Of a DNA stretch of 64,000 nucleotides, positions 48,473 to 58,519 are shown piece after piece. The notes under the pieces were generated by a model. The model was not told the DNA's origin, did not search any database, and worked only from the letters and a program-made list of their open reading frames with translations. The first letter of the stretch is position 1, and each line of letters begins with the position of its first letter. A program made the translations under genes and the position numbers. This DNA comes from a virus (Duplodnaviria; Caudoviricetes), in the IMG/VR virus record IMGVR_UViG_3300012667_000244, positions 1 through 64,000 of that record. One strand, 5' to 3'.

Positions 48473-48815
48473 GTTCCTGAGCGCCCAATTGGCGAACTTC
48501 CTTACGGATCTCTTTAATGTCTGTTAGCAATTCTGAGATAATGCTAAACTCGATTTTTTGATGATTAATAAGACGAAGCATAACACGCATAGTCCAATAC
48601 CACCAGTTAACTGAAATGATTAAGATTAGAGATACAACTACCCACCATATAGTCTTAGAATGAAAATGATCGAGCCATTCCCATCCAAAAATCAAGACAA
48701 GAACTGACACTACTACAATTGAACTAGCGTATAACCAAGTCCTACGCTGCTCATTTATTTGATCTAGATCACGATTGTTTTGATCGATTAGTCGTTGTGT
48801 TTTTCTGCTTACCAT
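48456..48815 (-). CDS. Two-TM membrane protein
   Basis: Two hydrophobic helices and a coiled-coil tail; TAAATA upstream. Confidence 0.7.
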   Translation of the reverse strand: MVSRKTQRLIDQNNRDLDQINEQRRTWLYASSIVVVSVLVLIFGWEWLDHFHSKTIWWVVVSLILIISVNWWYWTMRVMLRLINHQKIEFSIISELLTDIKEIRKEVRQLGAQELDNKK

Positions 48816-48871
48816 ATTATTTTCTCTATACAGTATTTATACGCCCTCTAGCGTACTGGAAAACACTTAGT

Positions 48872-48891
48872 TAATTACAGGCCTGTAATTA
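48872..48891. repeat. Perfect 20-bp palindrome TAATTACAGGCCTGTAATTA
   Basis: Read directly; overlaps the stop of the 502-aa gene. Confidence 0.8.
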
Positions 48892-50397
48892 TTGACGACC
48901 AATAGCACCGAACGGTAACCACTCTCCTGGGGTACCTTCAATGATACATACCCATCCGATGTAGCTACTGTCTTGCGGATTTGAATTCCAGCAAATGTCG
49001 CCCTTCTTAAAAGTGCCAGTAGTAGGGATAGCAGTACCAGTTAAGAAACGCTTGTCTGCAAAGCTAATATCACCGCTTACTGCTAATCCTAATGTAGGGT
49101 CTGGATTACTAATACCAACGCTCAATGGTCCGTAGACTTTAACTGGTCTACGAGTATTTGACTTGTTACCGATGGTGATTTCGTTAGTGTCGCCGTAGAA
49201 TACATCAGCTTCACCTACAGTTAGTGCAATGCCTTTATCAGAATCAATACCAGATGGTTTGATGATAGTTTGTTGTGTACCGTCTGTTACGATTGCAGAT
49301 TTTAAATGTAGATTACTTGCTACTGCATTGATGTCACCAAAGAAAGTACTTGGGCCTTGTACAGTTAATGCTTCTAATTCACCTAGGGTAGTTAGCTTAG
49401 AAAAACTAACACTGTCGCCTAAAGTTCTTTCAGATAGCACTACACGATTATTAACGCTGTATGACTTGCCTGCGGCTAAGTCAACATCTTCAGAACTCCA
49501 AAAACGATCCCCGCCCGCTCTTAGAATAAACTGTTTAGCTGAGCCTTCGCCCATCCATATTAAACCTTTGCCGTATACTGTGTTATCTCTAGTCTGTTTA
49601 AATTCTAAACTGCTAGAACGCTCAACACGGGTATCAGAAACTAGGTTGTCTGCATAGATTGTGCCGTTAACACGCAAGACACCAGTCTTGGCATTAACAT
49701 CACCAATTATAACCTCGCCGTTATTTTTAACAACAATACGAGCAGTATTATCAGTAATAATGTTGACATCATGATTTGTATAAGTTCCGATGTCTGCAAC
49801 ACCGATATTTGAACTTCCTAAAATAATTTCAATTTCACTTTCAACAATGCTTAGTGTAGCATTAGGTTGATCAGTACCGAGACCTAAACGATTAAAGCCG
49901 CCTCTAAAAAAGGCAAACTCACCTAAGTCGACATCGCCTAGTACATTTAGTTTTTTAAGTGTACCTAGTTCTTTAAGATTACTCTTAGTAATAGTTGGGC
50001 CTAGTTCGTTAGCCGACAGCACTGCAACATTATCGATTTTATAAGCACGGTCTTTAGTTAAGTCAAAACTACCGTTAGTCCACAATGTTCCGCCGTTTCT
50101 GTAACTAAGCTGAGTAACAGTATTTGCACTAGCCCACTGGAACCCTTTTCCCTGTAGTTCGTCTTCTACATCACTAAACCATTGGCCAACTTCGCCTGCA
50201 CTGCCTGCTTCTGTAATTAAGTTCTTAACAGTTAAAGTATCTACAGTAATCGAGCCTTTAACGCTTAGATTGTTCTGTACGCTAGCCGATCCTACAATAT
50301 CAAAGGAACCAGCGTGGATTACGCTTCCCTCTAAATACTTTAGAGCTAGCTTGTTGATAACGACTTTGTCGTCTTGAATATTGAATAGTTGTGCCAT
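48889..50397 (-). CDS. Virion structural/tail fibre-like protein
   Basis: Beta-rich repeats (SNLKELGTLKKLNV); C-terminal P..G...KGD..WN...GWVC..G.PG.W..FG. Confidence 0.6.
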   Translation of the reverse strand: MAQLFNIQDDKVVINKLALKYLEGSVIHAGSFDIVGSASVQNNLSVKGSITVDTLTVKNLITEAGSAGEVGQWFSDVEDELQGKGFQWASANTVTQLSYRNGGTLWTNGSFDLTKDRAYKIDNVAVLSANELGPTITKSNLKELGTLKKLNVLGDVDLGEFAFFRGGFNRLGLGTDQPNATLSIVESEIEIILGSSNIGVADIGTYTNHDVNIITDNTARIVVKNNGEVIIGDVNAKTGVLRVNGTIYADNLVSDTRVERSSSLEFKQTRDNTVYGKGLIWMGEGSAKQFILRAGGDRFWSSEDVDLAAGKSYSVNNRVVLSERTLGDSVSFSKLTTLGELEALTVQGPSTFFGDINAVASNLHLKSAIVTDGTQQTIIKPSGIDSDKGIALTVGEADVFYGDTNEITIGNKSNTRRPVKVYGPLSVGISNPDPTLGLAVSGDISFADKRFLTGTAIPTTGTFKKGDICWNSNPQDSSYIGWVCIIEGTPGEWLPFGAIGRQ

Positions 50398-50485
50398 AGT
50401 TGGGTCTCTTTCAAGTATTTATCTTAGTTTAGGGTAGTAATGTGTATGCTTAAAATACGATAAATATTCGAAAGAGAGTATATTT

Positions 50486-52447
50486 ATGGCCCTAAATCCA
50501 GCAATCGCAGACGCTTACCGAAAAGTTGTAGTCACCGGAACCGGCACCCCCGGAACAGCAATATCTAAGGAAGTCGCTGGCGAATTAAACTTAGATGCCG
50601 GTTTTGGCATCAGCTTAGTTACAGATGAAGTAAACAACAAGGTTACTATTGTTAACACAGGTAACGGCACAGGTGCGTTAACTACTATTACTGAAAACAA
50701 CAATAGCGGTACTTACTACCCTATTTTTACTCGTAGCCCTCCGGGAACTCAAACATTTAGTGCAGGTGCTAGTGACTTTGTATCAGGCGATATACTTGCC
50801 GCCGTTGCTGAAGTGCGTATTACTGGAACTACAAATGATCCGTTTGGGGTGTCTGCACCACTCAGAGCCGCACTCGTTGGCATAATTGAAACTGAGACAT
50901 TCAGCCTTATTAGAGTGTCTAACAGCGCCGTAGTTAACTTCACAGCAACCGGCCCAGCTACTTACAGTACTGTTAACGGTTACTGGACTATTCCAGTTAC
51001 AGCCGCACCCGGTGTAACTGACACATTTGTATCGATTACGATTGCGTCAGGTGCAGGCGAATTGAATCCGATCACTGGCACATACCAGATGGATACAATG
51101 TATCTAGATCAGACTACAACACCGTTAACATATAATCCTAGTTTAGGCCTAATGACCGTTAATCAGTTAAGTGTTGTAGATTCGTTTGCAACTACTGGAC
51201 ATTTAACTGTTGAGGGCGTTACTTCAACTGGTGCAACTGGTACTGGTAGATTTGTATTTGACAACAGTCCAACTTTAATAACTCCTACACTTGGTGTAGC
51301 AACCGCAACAAGTATTAATAAGGTAGCATTTACTGCTCCAGCAACAGGTTCAACTCTTGCAATTGAAGAAGGCAAAACACTTACTGTTAAAAAAACAATT
51401 ACCCTAGACGGCACTGATAGCACAACTATCACCTTACCAGCAACAACTGGTACAGTAGCTTTAGACAATCAACAATTTTATATTGGAACTACACAAGTTG
51501 CAATCAACAGAGCAAGTGCAAGTCTTGCACTAACTGGTATTAGTATTGACGGAAACGCTGGCACTGCTACTAACGGTGTTGTCACAACCGGAAGTTATAG
51601 TGATCCTACTTGGTTGACTATTAGTCAAAGTTTTGTAGGACTAGGAAATGTTACAAACGAAAGCAAAGCTACGATGTTCAGTAATCCAACATTTACTGGA
51701 ACAGTAGCTGGTGTAACATCCACAATGGTTGGATTAGGTAATGTGGAGAATACTGCATTGTCTACTAGTACTCATTATATCGGTACAACAAGTATTCAAT
51801 ACAATAGAGCAAGTGCTAGTCAAACATTAACAGGAGTTAGTATCGACGGTAACGCTGGAACCGCCACTAACGGAGTTGTTACTACAGGTAGCTACAGTGA
51901 TCCGACTTGGTTGACAATTTCATCATCAAAGGTTGGATTAGGTAATGTGGAGAATACTGCGCTATCAACAAGTACACATTACATCGGCACTACTTCTATT
52001 ACTTACAATAGAGCAAGTGCTAGCCAGACATTAACTGGTGTAAGTATTGACGGAAACGCCGGTACAGTAACTGATGGGTTCTACACTTCGAGTAGTTTCA
52101 ATTTGGGTACCACGAGTGTTGCAGTTAACCGAGCAAGTGCATCACAGAGTTTAACAGGTGTCAGCATCGACGGTAGTGCTGGATCAGTACCTGCATCGGG
52201 TATTACAGGAACAACATTAGCAAGCGGTGTCACTGGCAGTAGTTTAACTAGCGTTGGAACATTGACTAGTTTAAGTGTAACTAATAATATTTCTACAGTG
52301 TCTGGATTGTTTAGCGCACCCCTTGCAACTAAAACCTCAAGCGGTGCAGGTACCGCTGGCCAAATTGCATGGGATGCTAACTACATCTATATCTGTACTG
52401 CTACCAACACTTGGAAGCGAGTGGCATTAACAGCAGGCGCATTTTAA
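50486..52447 (+). CDS. Tail fibre protein with internal repeats
   Basis: Thr/Ser/Gly-rich; VGLGNV.N and NRASAS..LTG.SIDG.AG repeats; C-terminal G.AGQIAWDANYIYIC.ATNTWKR. Confidence 0.7.
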   Translation: MALNPAIADAYRKVVVTGTGTPGTAISKEVAGELNLDAGFGISLVTDEVNNKVTIVNTGNGTGALTTITENNNSGTYYPIFTRSPPGTQTFSAGASDFVSGDILAAVAEVRITGTTNDPFGVSAPLRAALVGIIETETFSLIRVSNSAVVNFTATGPATYSTVNGYWTIPVTAAPGVTDTFVSITIASGAGELNPITGTYQMDTMYLDQTTTPLTYNPSLGLMTVNQLSVVDSFATTGHLTVEGVTSTGATGTGRFVFDNSPTLITPTLGVATATSINKVAFTAPATGSTLAIEEGKTLTVKKTITLDGTDSTTITLPATTGTVALDNQQFYIGTTQVAINRASASLALTGISIDGNAGTATNGVVTTGSYSDPTWLTISQSFVGLGNVTNESKATMFSNPTFTGTVAGVTSTMVGLGNVENTALSTSTHYIGTTSIQYNRASASQTLTGVSIDGNAGTATNGVVTTGSYSDPTWLTISSSKVGLGNVENTALSTSTHYIGTTSITYNRASASQTLTGVSIDGNAGTVTDGFYTSSSFNLGTTSVAVNRASASQSLTGVSIDGSAGSVPASGITGTTLASGVTGSSLTSVGTLTSLSVTNNISTVSGLFSAPLATKTSSGAGTAGQIAWDANYIYICTATNTWKRVALTAGAF

Positions 52448-53655
52448 CCTACTTTAAGGATAATGGTTTCTTCGTTGAAGCGACCATTCATCATAGTGTC
52501 AGTAGCATTGATGTCGTCTAGGAATTTACGCAACTGCACCTTACCAGCCGCCTTAAATTCTTTCAACTTTTCTTCTGGCTTACGCAAAGTCTTGCATACA
52601 CTTTGAGTTTCATTAAAGCCAGTAAGTGAAGTACCCTTTACACCCAACTCTTTGTACTCTTCGGCAACATAACGACCTAGCTTACGAGTCTTAGTGTTGT
52701 ATACCCACAACTCTTTAGCACCAATAATGTCAGCTGGGTTGAGCGACACAAGTTTCAACGCTTCGTCAGTCTTCTTGTACTTCAACTTAGCAACCAACTT
52801 TTCAGCAGGTACTGACTTCTTAGCACGAGGCTTGCGGTTAACTTTAGCTTCTTGTCCGAGCATGTCACACGCACTCATAATCTCTTGATAGAACGCAATC
52901 AAAGTCTTAATTTGCTTTTTAGTACGATGACTATAACCTTCTACCAACTGTTGATCTTTAGTACCGCTGGCAAGCTCGTTCAACTCTGCAAAGTCTTTGC
53001 TATAGAATTCCTTAATGATGCGGCAATGTGCTGCCTTTGCTTCAACTGCTTTGAGCAAGTTAAGCATCTTAAATTCTTTAGGGTTAAAGTTTTCTGGATC
53101 GACTTGGAAACTTTCAATAGCATTTTCAATTTCTTCAGTCATACGCATTGCTGACTCACGCACACGCTCTTGAATTGAAGGAGTATATACATCTGCTTTT
53201 GCAGATTCTTTTTCGGCTGCAAGCACATCTGGGTCAATGTCATGCTTGCCTTCTGCAATAACTTTAACAATTTCTGCTCGCAACCAAGCGGCAGTATCGC
53301 GACCTTGATTAAAATCAGCACGGAGTGGCGTCATACCGCGATTCAAACAAGCGGCAACAGCACCCATTGTAGTACCAACTCGACTGTCTTTAACTTTCTT
53401 GAATGCTGTGATATCTGCTTTAGTACAGCCAGCGGATTCCATCCAACGAACTACTACAGGCTTGTAAGACTTAATGTCTGATTCCAAGCGGTAGTAATTC
53501 ATTGCTGATCGGAAGTGTTTATGGAACTTGTCGCCATCCCATGTCTCGCAACCTTCCCAAGTCGGGCTATGGTCTTTAGCTACTTTAGTGCGGTGAGCAA
53601 TTACTTGCTTTTTAGTAATGCGAGACTTTGCTGGTGCTTTTGCTTTAGTTGCCAA
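52444..53655 (-). CDS. Hypothetical protein (403 aa), TTG start
   Basis: GGAG SD and its own sigma70 promoter. Confidence 0.75.
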   Translation of the reverse strand: MATKAKAPAKSRITKKQVIAHRTKVAKDHSPTWEGCETWDGDKFHKHFRSAMNYYRLESDIKSYKPVVVRWMESAGCTKADITAFKKVKDSRVGTTMGAVAACLNRGMTPLRADFNQGRDTAAWLRAEIVKVIAEGKHDIDPDVLAAEKESAKADVYTPSIQERVRESAMRMTEEIENAIESFQVDPENFNPKEFKMLNLLKAVEAKAAHCRIIKEFYSKDFAELNELASGTKDQQLVEGYSHRTKKQIKTLIAFYQEIMSACDMLGQEAKVNRKPRAKKSVPAEKLVAKLKYKKTDEALKLVSLNPADIIGAKELWVYNTKTRKLGRYVAEEYKELGVKGTSLTGFNETQSVCKTLRKPEEKLKEFKAAGKVQLRKFLDDINATDTMMNGRFNEETIILKVG

Positions 53656-53687
53656 TTTATCACTCCTGTGTATTAAACAATATGTAT

Positions 53688-53716
53688 ATTATACAATCAA
53701 TCTTACTTATTGTCAA
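53688..53716 (-). promoter_or_regulatory. sigma70 promoter TTGACA-17-TATAAT
   Basis: Perfect consensus. Confidence 0.85.
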
Positions 53717-55091
53717 GAGTAAAAAGGCTCCTACAGTAAGCATAAAACTCCGCCATTTCGGGGAATGTAGCCAAAAAGTCTGTAGCTCTACGCTTATCGT
53801 GTTCGGTAAAGAACAAGTAAAAGTCTTTTTGGTTAATTACTTCAGGCGTGTCTTGAAACAAATATTGGATCCGTTCCAATTTTGCAATTTCAGTTTCTTT
53901 GAACCCGACTCTATTAAAAAATCCAATTTGGTTAGATTTCATGTACTCAATCTGTTCTTCAATCATCGGCTTGTATGATTTGGGTAGAATCCCAACATTC
54001 ATAAATTTTGGATGATCTAAGTAGGGAATATCGATTGTAATTTCCCTACCCGGCTTGCGATAGTTGCGCTTTAGAATCAATACATCTTGTAAGAACTCTT
54101 TGTATGAGGTTACTGACAGAGCGTTGTAAGTGCTCATGATTGCAAAGTGCAATGTAGGTACTTCACGCAATATTCTACAACAGTTATAAAACCACTTATT
54201 GTAGTCTAGTCCGTTACGAATGTATTCAGCTTTAGCGCCAAATGCTTCGCAACTTGTGTAGACTGTTACACTCTTAACTAGTCGCTGTGATTCGATGATT
54301 TTAAGTTTCTCAATAAACTTGTCAAACAACTTGTCTTCAACAACACAATTAGTATTAATAGCAAGCTCTAAGTCTTTGTTAGGATGTTCAATGATATAAT
54401 CTAGCACACGGAATGTATGCTTAGTCATCAACGGCTCTCCGCCTGTGATACGGAATGTGTGTAATGTAGGATATAGATCCGGCCACCATTCCCAGAACGC
54501 ATCAACATAAGGATTTTCATCACGCTCTGCAATCGGCATCTTGTTTTGTGCAATTACATGGTCAATGCTGTTGAACTTTCTACTAGTTGGGTACGGTCCA
54601 AACTGCTTAATTTCTTCCATCCACTTGCTTGAAATCTCTGGACTGCAATAAGCACATTTAAAGTTACAAGCATAATTGAAGCTGACTTCTAGGTACGCAG
54701 GGTTAATATCGCCTGTGTAGCCTACTTCCTTTACTTTATTGAAGTAGGGCTTAGACCAACTGTCGTTGCTCTTATACACCCGATCACTGTAAACTTCCGC
54801 ACCCGCTGGCGCACTATCTTCTACATTCCAACAGTAGTGACATTCACTAGGTCTGCTGCCTGTCATCATTTCTTGTCGTGCTAGTTTCTTTGCGCTAGTG
54901 TTATGCAATGCGCTAGGATTCTTTTTAATTTCGCTAATTGGAATAATATGAGTTTTAGGATGATGGCAACTGTGCGTGTGCCCAACTCCTAAGTGTAAGG
55001 TTGTTTGTGTCCATTTAGCAAGACACATCCCCGGGCCGATCTCATCTAACTGCTTTTTAGTTTCATTTAGAAACAAATTTTTAATGTTCAT
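53703..55091 (-). CDS. Radical SAM protein with an N-terminal SPASM/twitch-like Cys cluster
   Basis: CNFKCAYC, GGEP, CLAKW...SCHHP...CHYCW. Confidence 0.85.
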   Translation of the reverse strand: MNIKNLFLNETKKQLDEIGPGMCLAKWTQTTLHLGVGHTHSCHHPKTHIIPISEIKKNPSALHNTSAKKLARQEMMTGSRPSECHYCWNVEDSAPAGAEVYSDRVYKSNDSWSKPYFNKVKEVGYTGDINPAYLEVSFNYACNFKCAYCSPEISSKWMEEIKQFGPYPTSRKFNSIDHVIAQNKMPIAERDENPYVDAFWEWWPDLYPTLHTFRITGGEPLMTKHTFRVLDYIIEHPNKDLELAINTNCVVEDKLFDKFIEKLKIIESQRLVKSVTVYTSCEAFGAKAEYIRNGLDYNKWFYNCCRILREVPTLHFAIMSTYNALSVTSYKEFLQDVLILKRNYRKPGREITIDIPYLDHPKFMNVGILPKSYKPMIEEQIEYMKSNQIGFFNRVGFKETEIAKLERIQYLFQDTPEVINQKDFYLFFTEHDKRRATDFLATFPEMAEFYAYCRSLFTLDNK

Positions 55092-55098
55092 AGAATAC

Positions 55099-55314
55099 TT
55101 AGTGCCACCTTAAAAGGAACCACTCAAGATCGGCTTGCTTCTTAAATTCAAATATATGATATGCTGTTCGGGCATGATAGCCGAGACTATCAATGCACCA
55201 CTGATTAATCTCGACATACCGTTCTTCTGACAATACATCAAGTTGATGCATCTCGCCGTGGTCTTCCCATACTTCGGCGATAAATTTGTCGCCGGTGCGT
55301 ATAGTTATGTCCAT
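55099..55314 (-). CDS. Small hypothetical protein
   Basis: Ends in F....D..WFLLRW. Confidence 0.65.
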   Translation of the reverse strand: MDITIRTGDKFIAEVWEDHGEMHQLDVLSEERYVEINQWCIDSLGYHARTAYHIFEFKKQADLEWFLLRWH

Positions 55315-56168
55315 AGACCGTGGCGCACCTTAATAAGACGAATCATCATTTGTTCGTCTTCTTTCTCGTAGTCTGCTTCTATCTTGTGCAGTCTATCCAG
55401 CGACTTCTTAGTAGCTTTCTCTTCAGCAGGAGTTTTATCGTTCATGCTGGCAAAGAAATTGTCGCTCTTGCCTTCTGCTACACGGCGTTGACGACGCTCT
55501 TCACAAATAGCAGTCCAACCACTTGCTTCATATGGATCAACTCGAGCAGGACGAACTACAGTCCACCAGTTGTACAAGTCCAACAACTCTTGTGCCTTAA
55601 CTGCTTGTGGAGTAGGCTTGCCTTTCTTGTCTTCAGGAATGTTCATGCCGGCGTAGTCAGTGTCGTATATCAGCTTGCGTTGCCATTCGAGATTATCTAA
55701 CCCGGCTTGTGGACAGCGCCATGTACGCCAGCGGAACCAACCACTTGCCCAGAACGGAGCCTCGTACTTTGCTCGGGCGTTCTTATCTTCCCAGGCAATG
55801 TGCCACCATGCTAGTTCCACTTCCACAAAATTCTGCAACTCATTAAATAGGCAAGGGAGAAAGCGGTTCCCCACATCCATCCAAGTCCCAGGTTTAATAT
55901 CGCGAGGATGGGCAGTAAGAGAATGAGTACGAGTGACCCAACGGTTATTAATGTAGTACTTGAGATCATATAGTTTGTCTGTAGGGTAGAACACTATCTT
56001 TTGAAGATAGTCAAGACCGTCATCAGCTAGCCAGTAACGGAATGGATGAGCTTTAGTTGCTTTCTCAGTCCATGCTTCCCAGCCTTCGCTAGTTTCTGCA
56101 CCTGGCTTGGGAGTACCGCGAAGCCAGTCTGCAAATTTACTGCATGTCCAATAATGTGATCGTGCCAT
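55305..56168 (-). CDS. Trp-rich hypothetical protein
   Basis: Probable start MARSHYW at 56168. Confidence 0.75.
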   Translation of the reverse strand: MARSHYWTCSKFADWLRGTPKPGAETSEGWEAWTEKATKAHPFRYWLADDGLDYLQKIVFYPTDKLYDLKYYINNRWVTRTHSLTAHPRDIKPGTWMDVGNRFLPCLFNELQNFVEVELAWWHIAWEDKNARAKYEAPFWASGWFRWRTWRCPQAGLDNLEWQRKLIYDTDYAGMNIPEDKKGKPTPQAVKAQELLDLYNWWTVVRPARVDPYEASGWTAICEERRQRRVAEGKSDNFFASMNDKTPAEEKATKKSLDRLHKIEADYEKEDEQMMIRLIKVRHGLWT

Positions 56169-56169
56169 C

Positions 56170-56301
56170 TTAAACCTTATTGATTGAATAAACGCTTTGG
56201 AAGGGCGCCTTAAAAGCGGCAAACATTGTTGCCTCGTGTAGGTTAGGAAAAACCTTTGAAGTCAAGGTTCCGCCTACCATGTAATATTTTACTTTATACA
56301 T
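56170..56301 (-). CDS. Small hypothetical protein (43 aa, MYKVKYYMVGG...)
   Basis: Missing from the track; fills the gap and overlaps the upstream stop. Confidence 0.6.
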   Translation of the reverse strand: MYKVKYYMVGGTLTSKVFPNLHEATMFAAFKAPFQSVYSINKV

Positions 56302-56695
56302 TTTTCTTAATAAATGGTGCAAGTTCAGGAGCTTTCCAACCTACTGGTTTCAAAACTTTACCGTCCTCACGCTTGCGCACGAGTCCAGTTTCTTTGTCAA
56401 TCTTAGCAAAGTTAGTTGACATAACTTCTTTCCAACCGCCTTCACCGTCCATGCCAGCACTGTGAATAGCGCCAATAGTAACAACTAAAATGTCTAGTAG
56501 AGCATCTAATGTTTCTTTTGGATCAGCTGGATTAACTCGGTCGCCGGTAGCTAAGTCAAAGCCTTGTGCTACCATCAACTCATCGAATTCTTCTTTAATC
56601 AATCCTAAGTACATGCTGAATTGATCAGCATTGAACTCAGTAGTACTTTGGCCACAGGCCTTCATGAATTTCTCTTGGTCGCGAAACGGGTTCAT
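56294..56695 (-). CDS. MazG-like/PRA-PH nucleoside triphosphate pyrophosphohydrolase
   Basis: LIKEEFDEL, DALLD, SxNxxK, REDGKVLKP. Confidence 0.85.
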   Translation of the reverse strand: MNPFRDQEKFMKACGQSTTEFNADQFSMYLGLIKEEFDELMVAQGFDLATGDRVNPADPKETLDALLDILVVTIGAIHSAGMDGEGGWKEVMSTNFAKIDKETGLVRKREDGKVLKPVGWKAPELAPFIKKNV

Positions 56696-56916
56696 ATTGT
56701 ATCCTTTAATTGTTTTGTATTTGTTTTTACTTCATTACTACATCGAATAGGAGCACCTTGGTCGTCTAACATTATCGTACCCCAGGTAGTGTAGCCATCT
56801 TGGAATTCAATGAATACTCGATCGTATGCACAGAATAGGCGTACATCGGACTGGTTTGATTTAACTATCAAAACAGCACCAATCAGCGTGGCAAACATGA
56901 TGCTCCAAAATTTCAC
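56692..56916 (-). CDS. Small exported protein
   Basis: N-terminal hydrophobic segment; two Cys. Confidence 0.6.
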   Translation of the reverse strand: MKFWSIMFATLIGAVLIVKSNQSDVRLFCAYDRVFIEFQDGYTTWGTIMLDDQGAPIRCSNEVKTNTKQLKDTI

Positions 56917-57131
56917 TTTAGTGATTCCAGTGTTTGTCTTTTTGCTTCTTCTTTAATTTCTTGAGCATGAATTTGTTGTAAGCCACGGAACATATTCTCT
57001 ACAACATGTATAATAGCTTTCTTTCCATCTTCTGTCAAGTGGCTATAATCCGGACTAACAGCACTTTCATACCAAACGCGAGGATTCTTAGCCAGTTCCA
57101 ACAAGCCCCCGTAGACGAGGTCCTTGTTCAT
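56913..57131 (-). CDS. Hypothetical protein
   Basis: Probable start MNKDLVYGG downstream of the ligase stop. Confidence 0.65.
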   Translation of the reverse strand: MNKDLVYGGLLELAKNPRVWYESAVSPDYSHLTEDGKKAIIHVVENMFRGLQQIHAQEIKEEAKRQTLESLK

Positions 57132-57144
57132 ACTGCGTTTGATA

Positions 57145-58461
57145 TCAAAGTTTTTCGCCATTTGCAAAGCCTCGGAAAGTGAGAAATCGTGGAAAGCGTA
57201 AAGAATAAGTGCCATCCTGATTTTGTGTGATGGCATCAGCGCGAACTTCGACCACTTTACCAACCACCTCATCACGGGCAGTCCAATAAGCTTCACGGTC
57301 ATTATCAGAAAAGCCACTACCAACATTGACAACAATATCTCTTCCATCGTCTGTTCCTTCGCATACTAATGCGCCCAACTTACCTACATTCTTACCAGTG
57401 CCTTCTTCAACTGCGGTAACAGTAAGCGACACTTCAATAAAGGGCTTTAGTTTCAACCAAGCCACTGAACGCTTGCACTTGTAACCTGCCTTTGGATCTT
57501 TAAGCATAATGCCTTCGTATCCGCCCTTAATAGCTAATGCATTGATTTCCATGTAACGCTTTTGTCCTTCAGGCTTGTCCAAGTCAACTAGCTCTTGTGC
57601 CACAACTGTTACATTGGACAACTGCGCTTCGTGCTTAGTAAACCATTTCAGTAACCGTTCACTGCGGTGTTCTTGTGTAGTATCACTTTCGCCGAGTTCA
57701 AACTCTGACAACGGGATAGCATCAAACAAGTTTAGCACCGCATCATTGGCCTTTGCGCTAGACTTGCGATGAATCTGCTTCATCAAGTCTTGGAATGTGC
57801 CGGACATAATCTCACCGTCCAACACCATAGGCTCATTAAAGGAATGTGCAATTTTTGCAATTTGCTCTTTCACATGCGGAAAGTTTACCAGCTCTTTTCC
57901 ATTACGGCTATACTGGTCAACACGACCATCTGGATAGACCACTGTAATAACTCGGACACCGTCAAGTTTGACTTCAATGAGCTTAGACCCAGTAACCTTA
58001 GACTCATGATTCGCGCTATCGTGTGCAAGCTGACAACTAAAAACAGGTATTGCATATTGCGGGTATTTCTTTTCGGTTACTTTGTTGACTGTGCTTTCTG
58101 AAAAGCCGGCTCTCATATCTTTGATAAGAATACGACGGTACCAACCATTCCACTCAGCCTTAGTAGCTTGCTTGGTTAGTGCGGCAACGGCATCACGAGC
58201 ATCGTTGCCGGTGAGGTCACGATTACGCAGACGCTGAGCGACACCATTAAAAGTATCCCAATTGATACCAGGACCATTTTCATCTGTCTTCTCCGGAATT
58301 TGTTTAAGGCCAAAAGTGACCATTGCATTGTACGCTAGGTTCAAACCTGCAAAGAATTCAGTATTGCCCATTTCAGCTTGCGCCAAAACAATAGCTTCTT
58401 TATTCAAACGACTAGGATGATCTTCCAAAGAAGAAATAACTTGATAGCAAGGATCGCTCAT
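57145..58461 (-). CDS. ATP-dependent DNA ligase
   Basis: EVKLDGVR, LDGE, FD, EGIMLK, WLKLKP, OB-fold with LRFPRF. Confidence 0.95.
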   Translation of the reverse strand: MSDPCYQVISSLEDHPSRLNKEAIVLAQAEMGNTEFFAGLNLAYNAMVTFGLKQIPEKTDENGPGINWDTFNGVAQRLRNRDLTGNDARDAVAALTKQATKAEWNGWYRRILIKDMRAGFSESTVNKVTEKKYPQYAIPVFSCQLAHDSANHESKVTGSKLIEVKLDGVRVITVVYPDGRVDQYSRNGKELVNFPHVKEQIAKIAHSFNEPMVLDGEIMSGTFQDLMKQIHRKSSAKANDAVLNLFDAIPLSEFELGESDTTQEHRSERLLKWFTKHEAQLSNVTVVAQELVDLDKPEGQKRYMEINALAIKGGYEGIMLKDPKAGYKCKRSVAWLKLKPFIEVSLTVTAVEEGTGKNVGKLGALVCEGTDDGRDIVVNVGSGFSDNDREAYWTARDEVVGKVVEVRADAITQNQDGTYSLRFPRFLTFRGFANGEKL

Positions 58462-58490
58462 TTTAGACCTTTTGTTAACTTAATATAACA

Positions 58491-58519
58491 ATTATACAGT
58501 CTAATTATCAGTATGTCAA
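58491..58519 (-). promoter_or_regulatory. sigma70 promoter TTGACA-17-TATAAT
   Basis: Perfect consensus upstream of the ligase. Confidence 0.85.

Noticed and set aside
53703-55091. Calling the radical SAM protein QueE
   Set aside because: It is too long, has extra Cys clusters and lacks the QueE N-terminal pattern.
56170-56301. Several hairpins in an apparent intergenic gap, suggesting an ncRNA
   Set aside because: The gap is exactly filled by a 43-aa ORF coupled to its neighbours.
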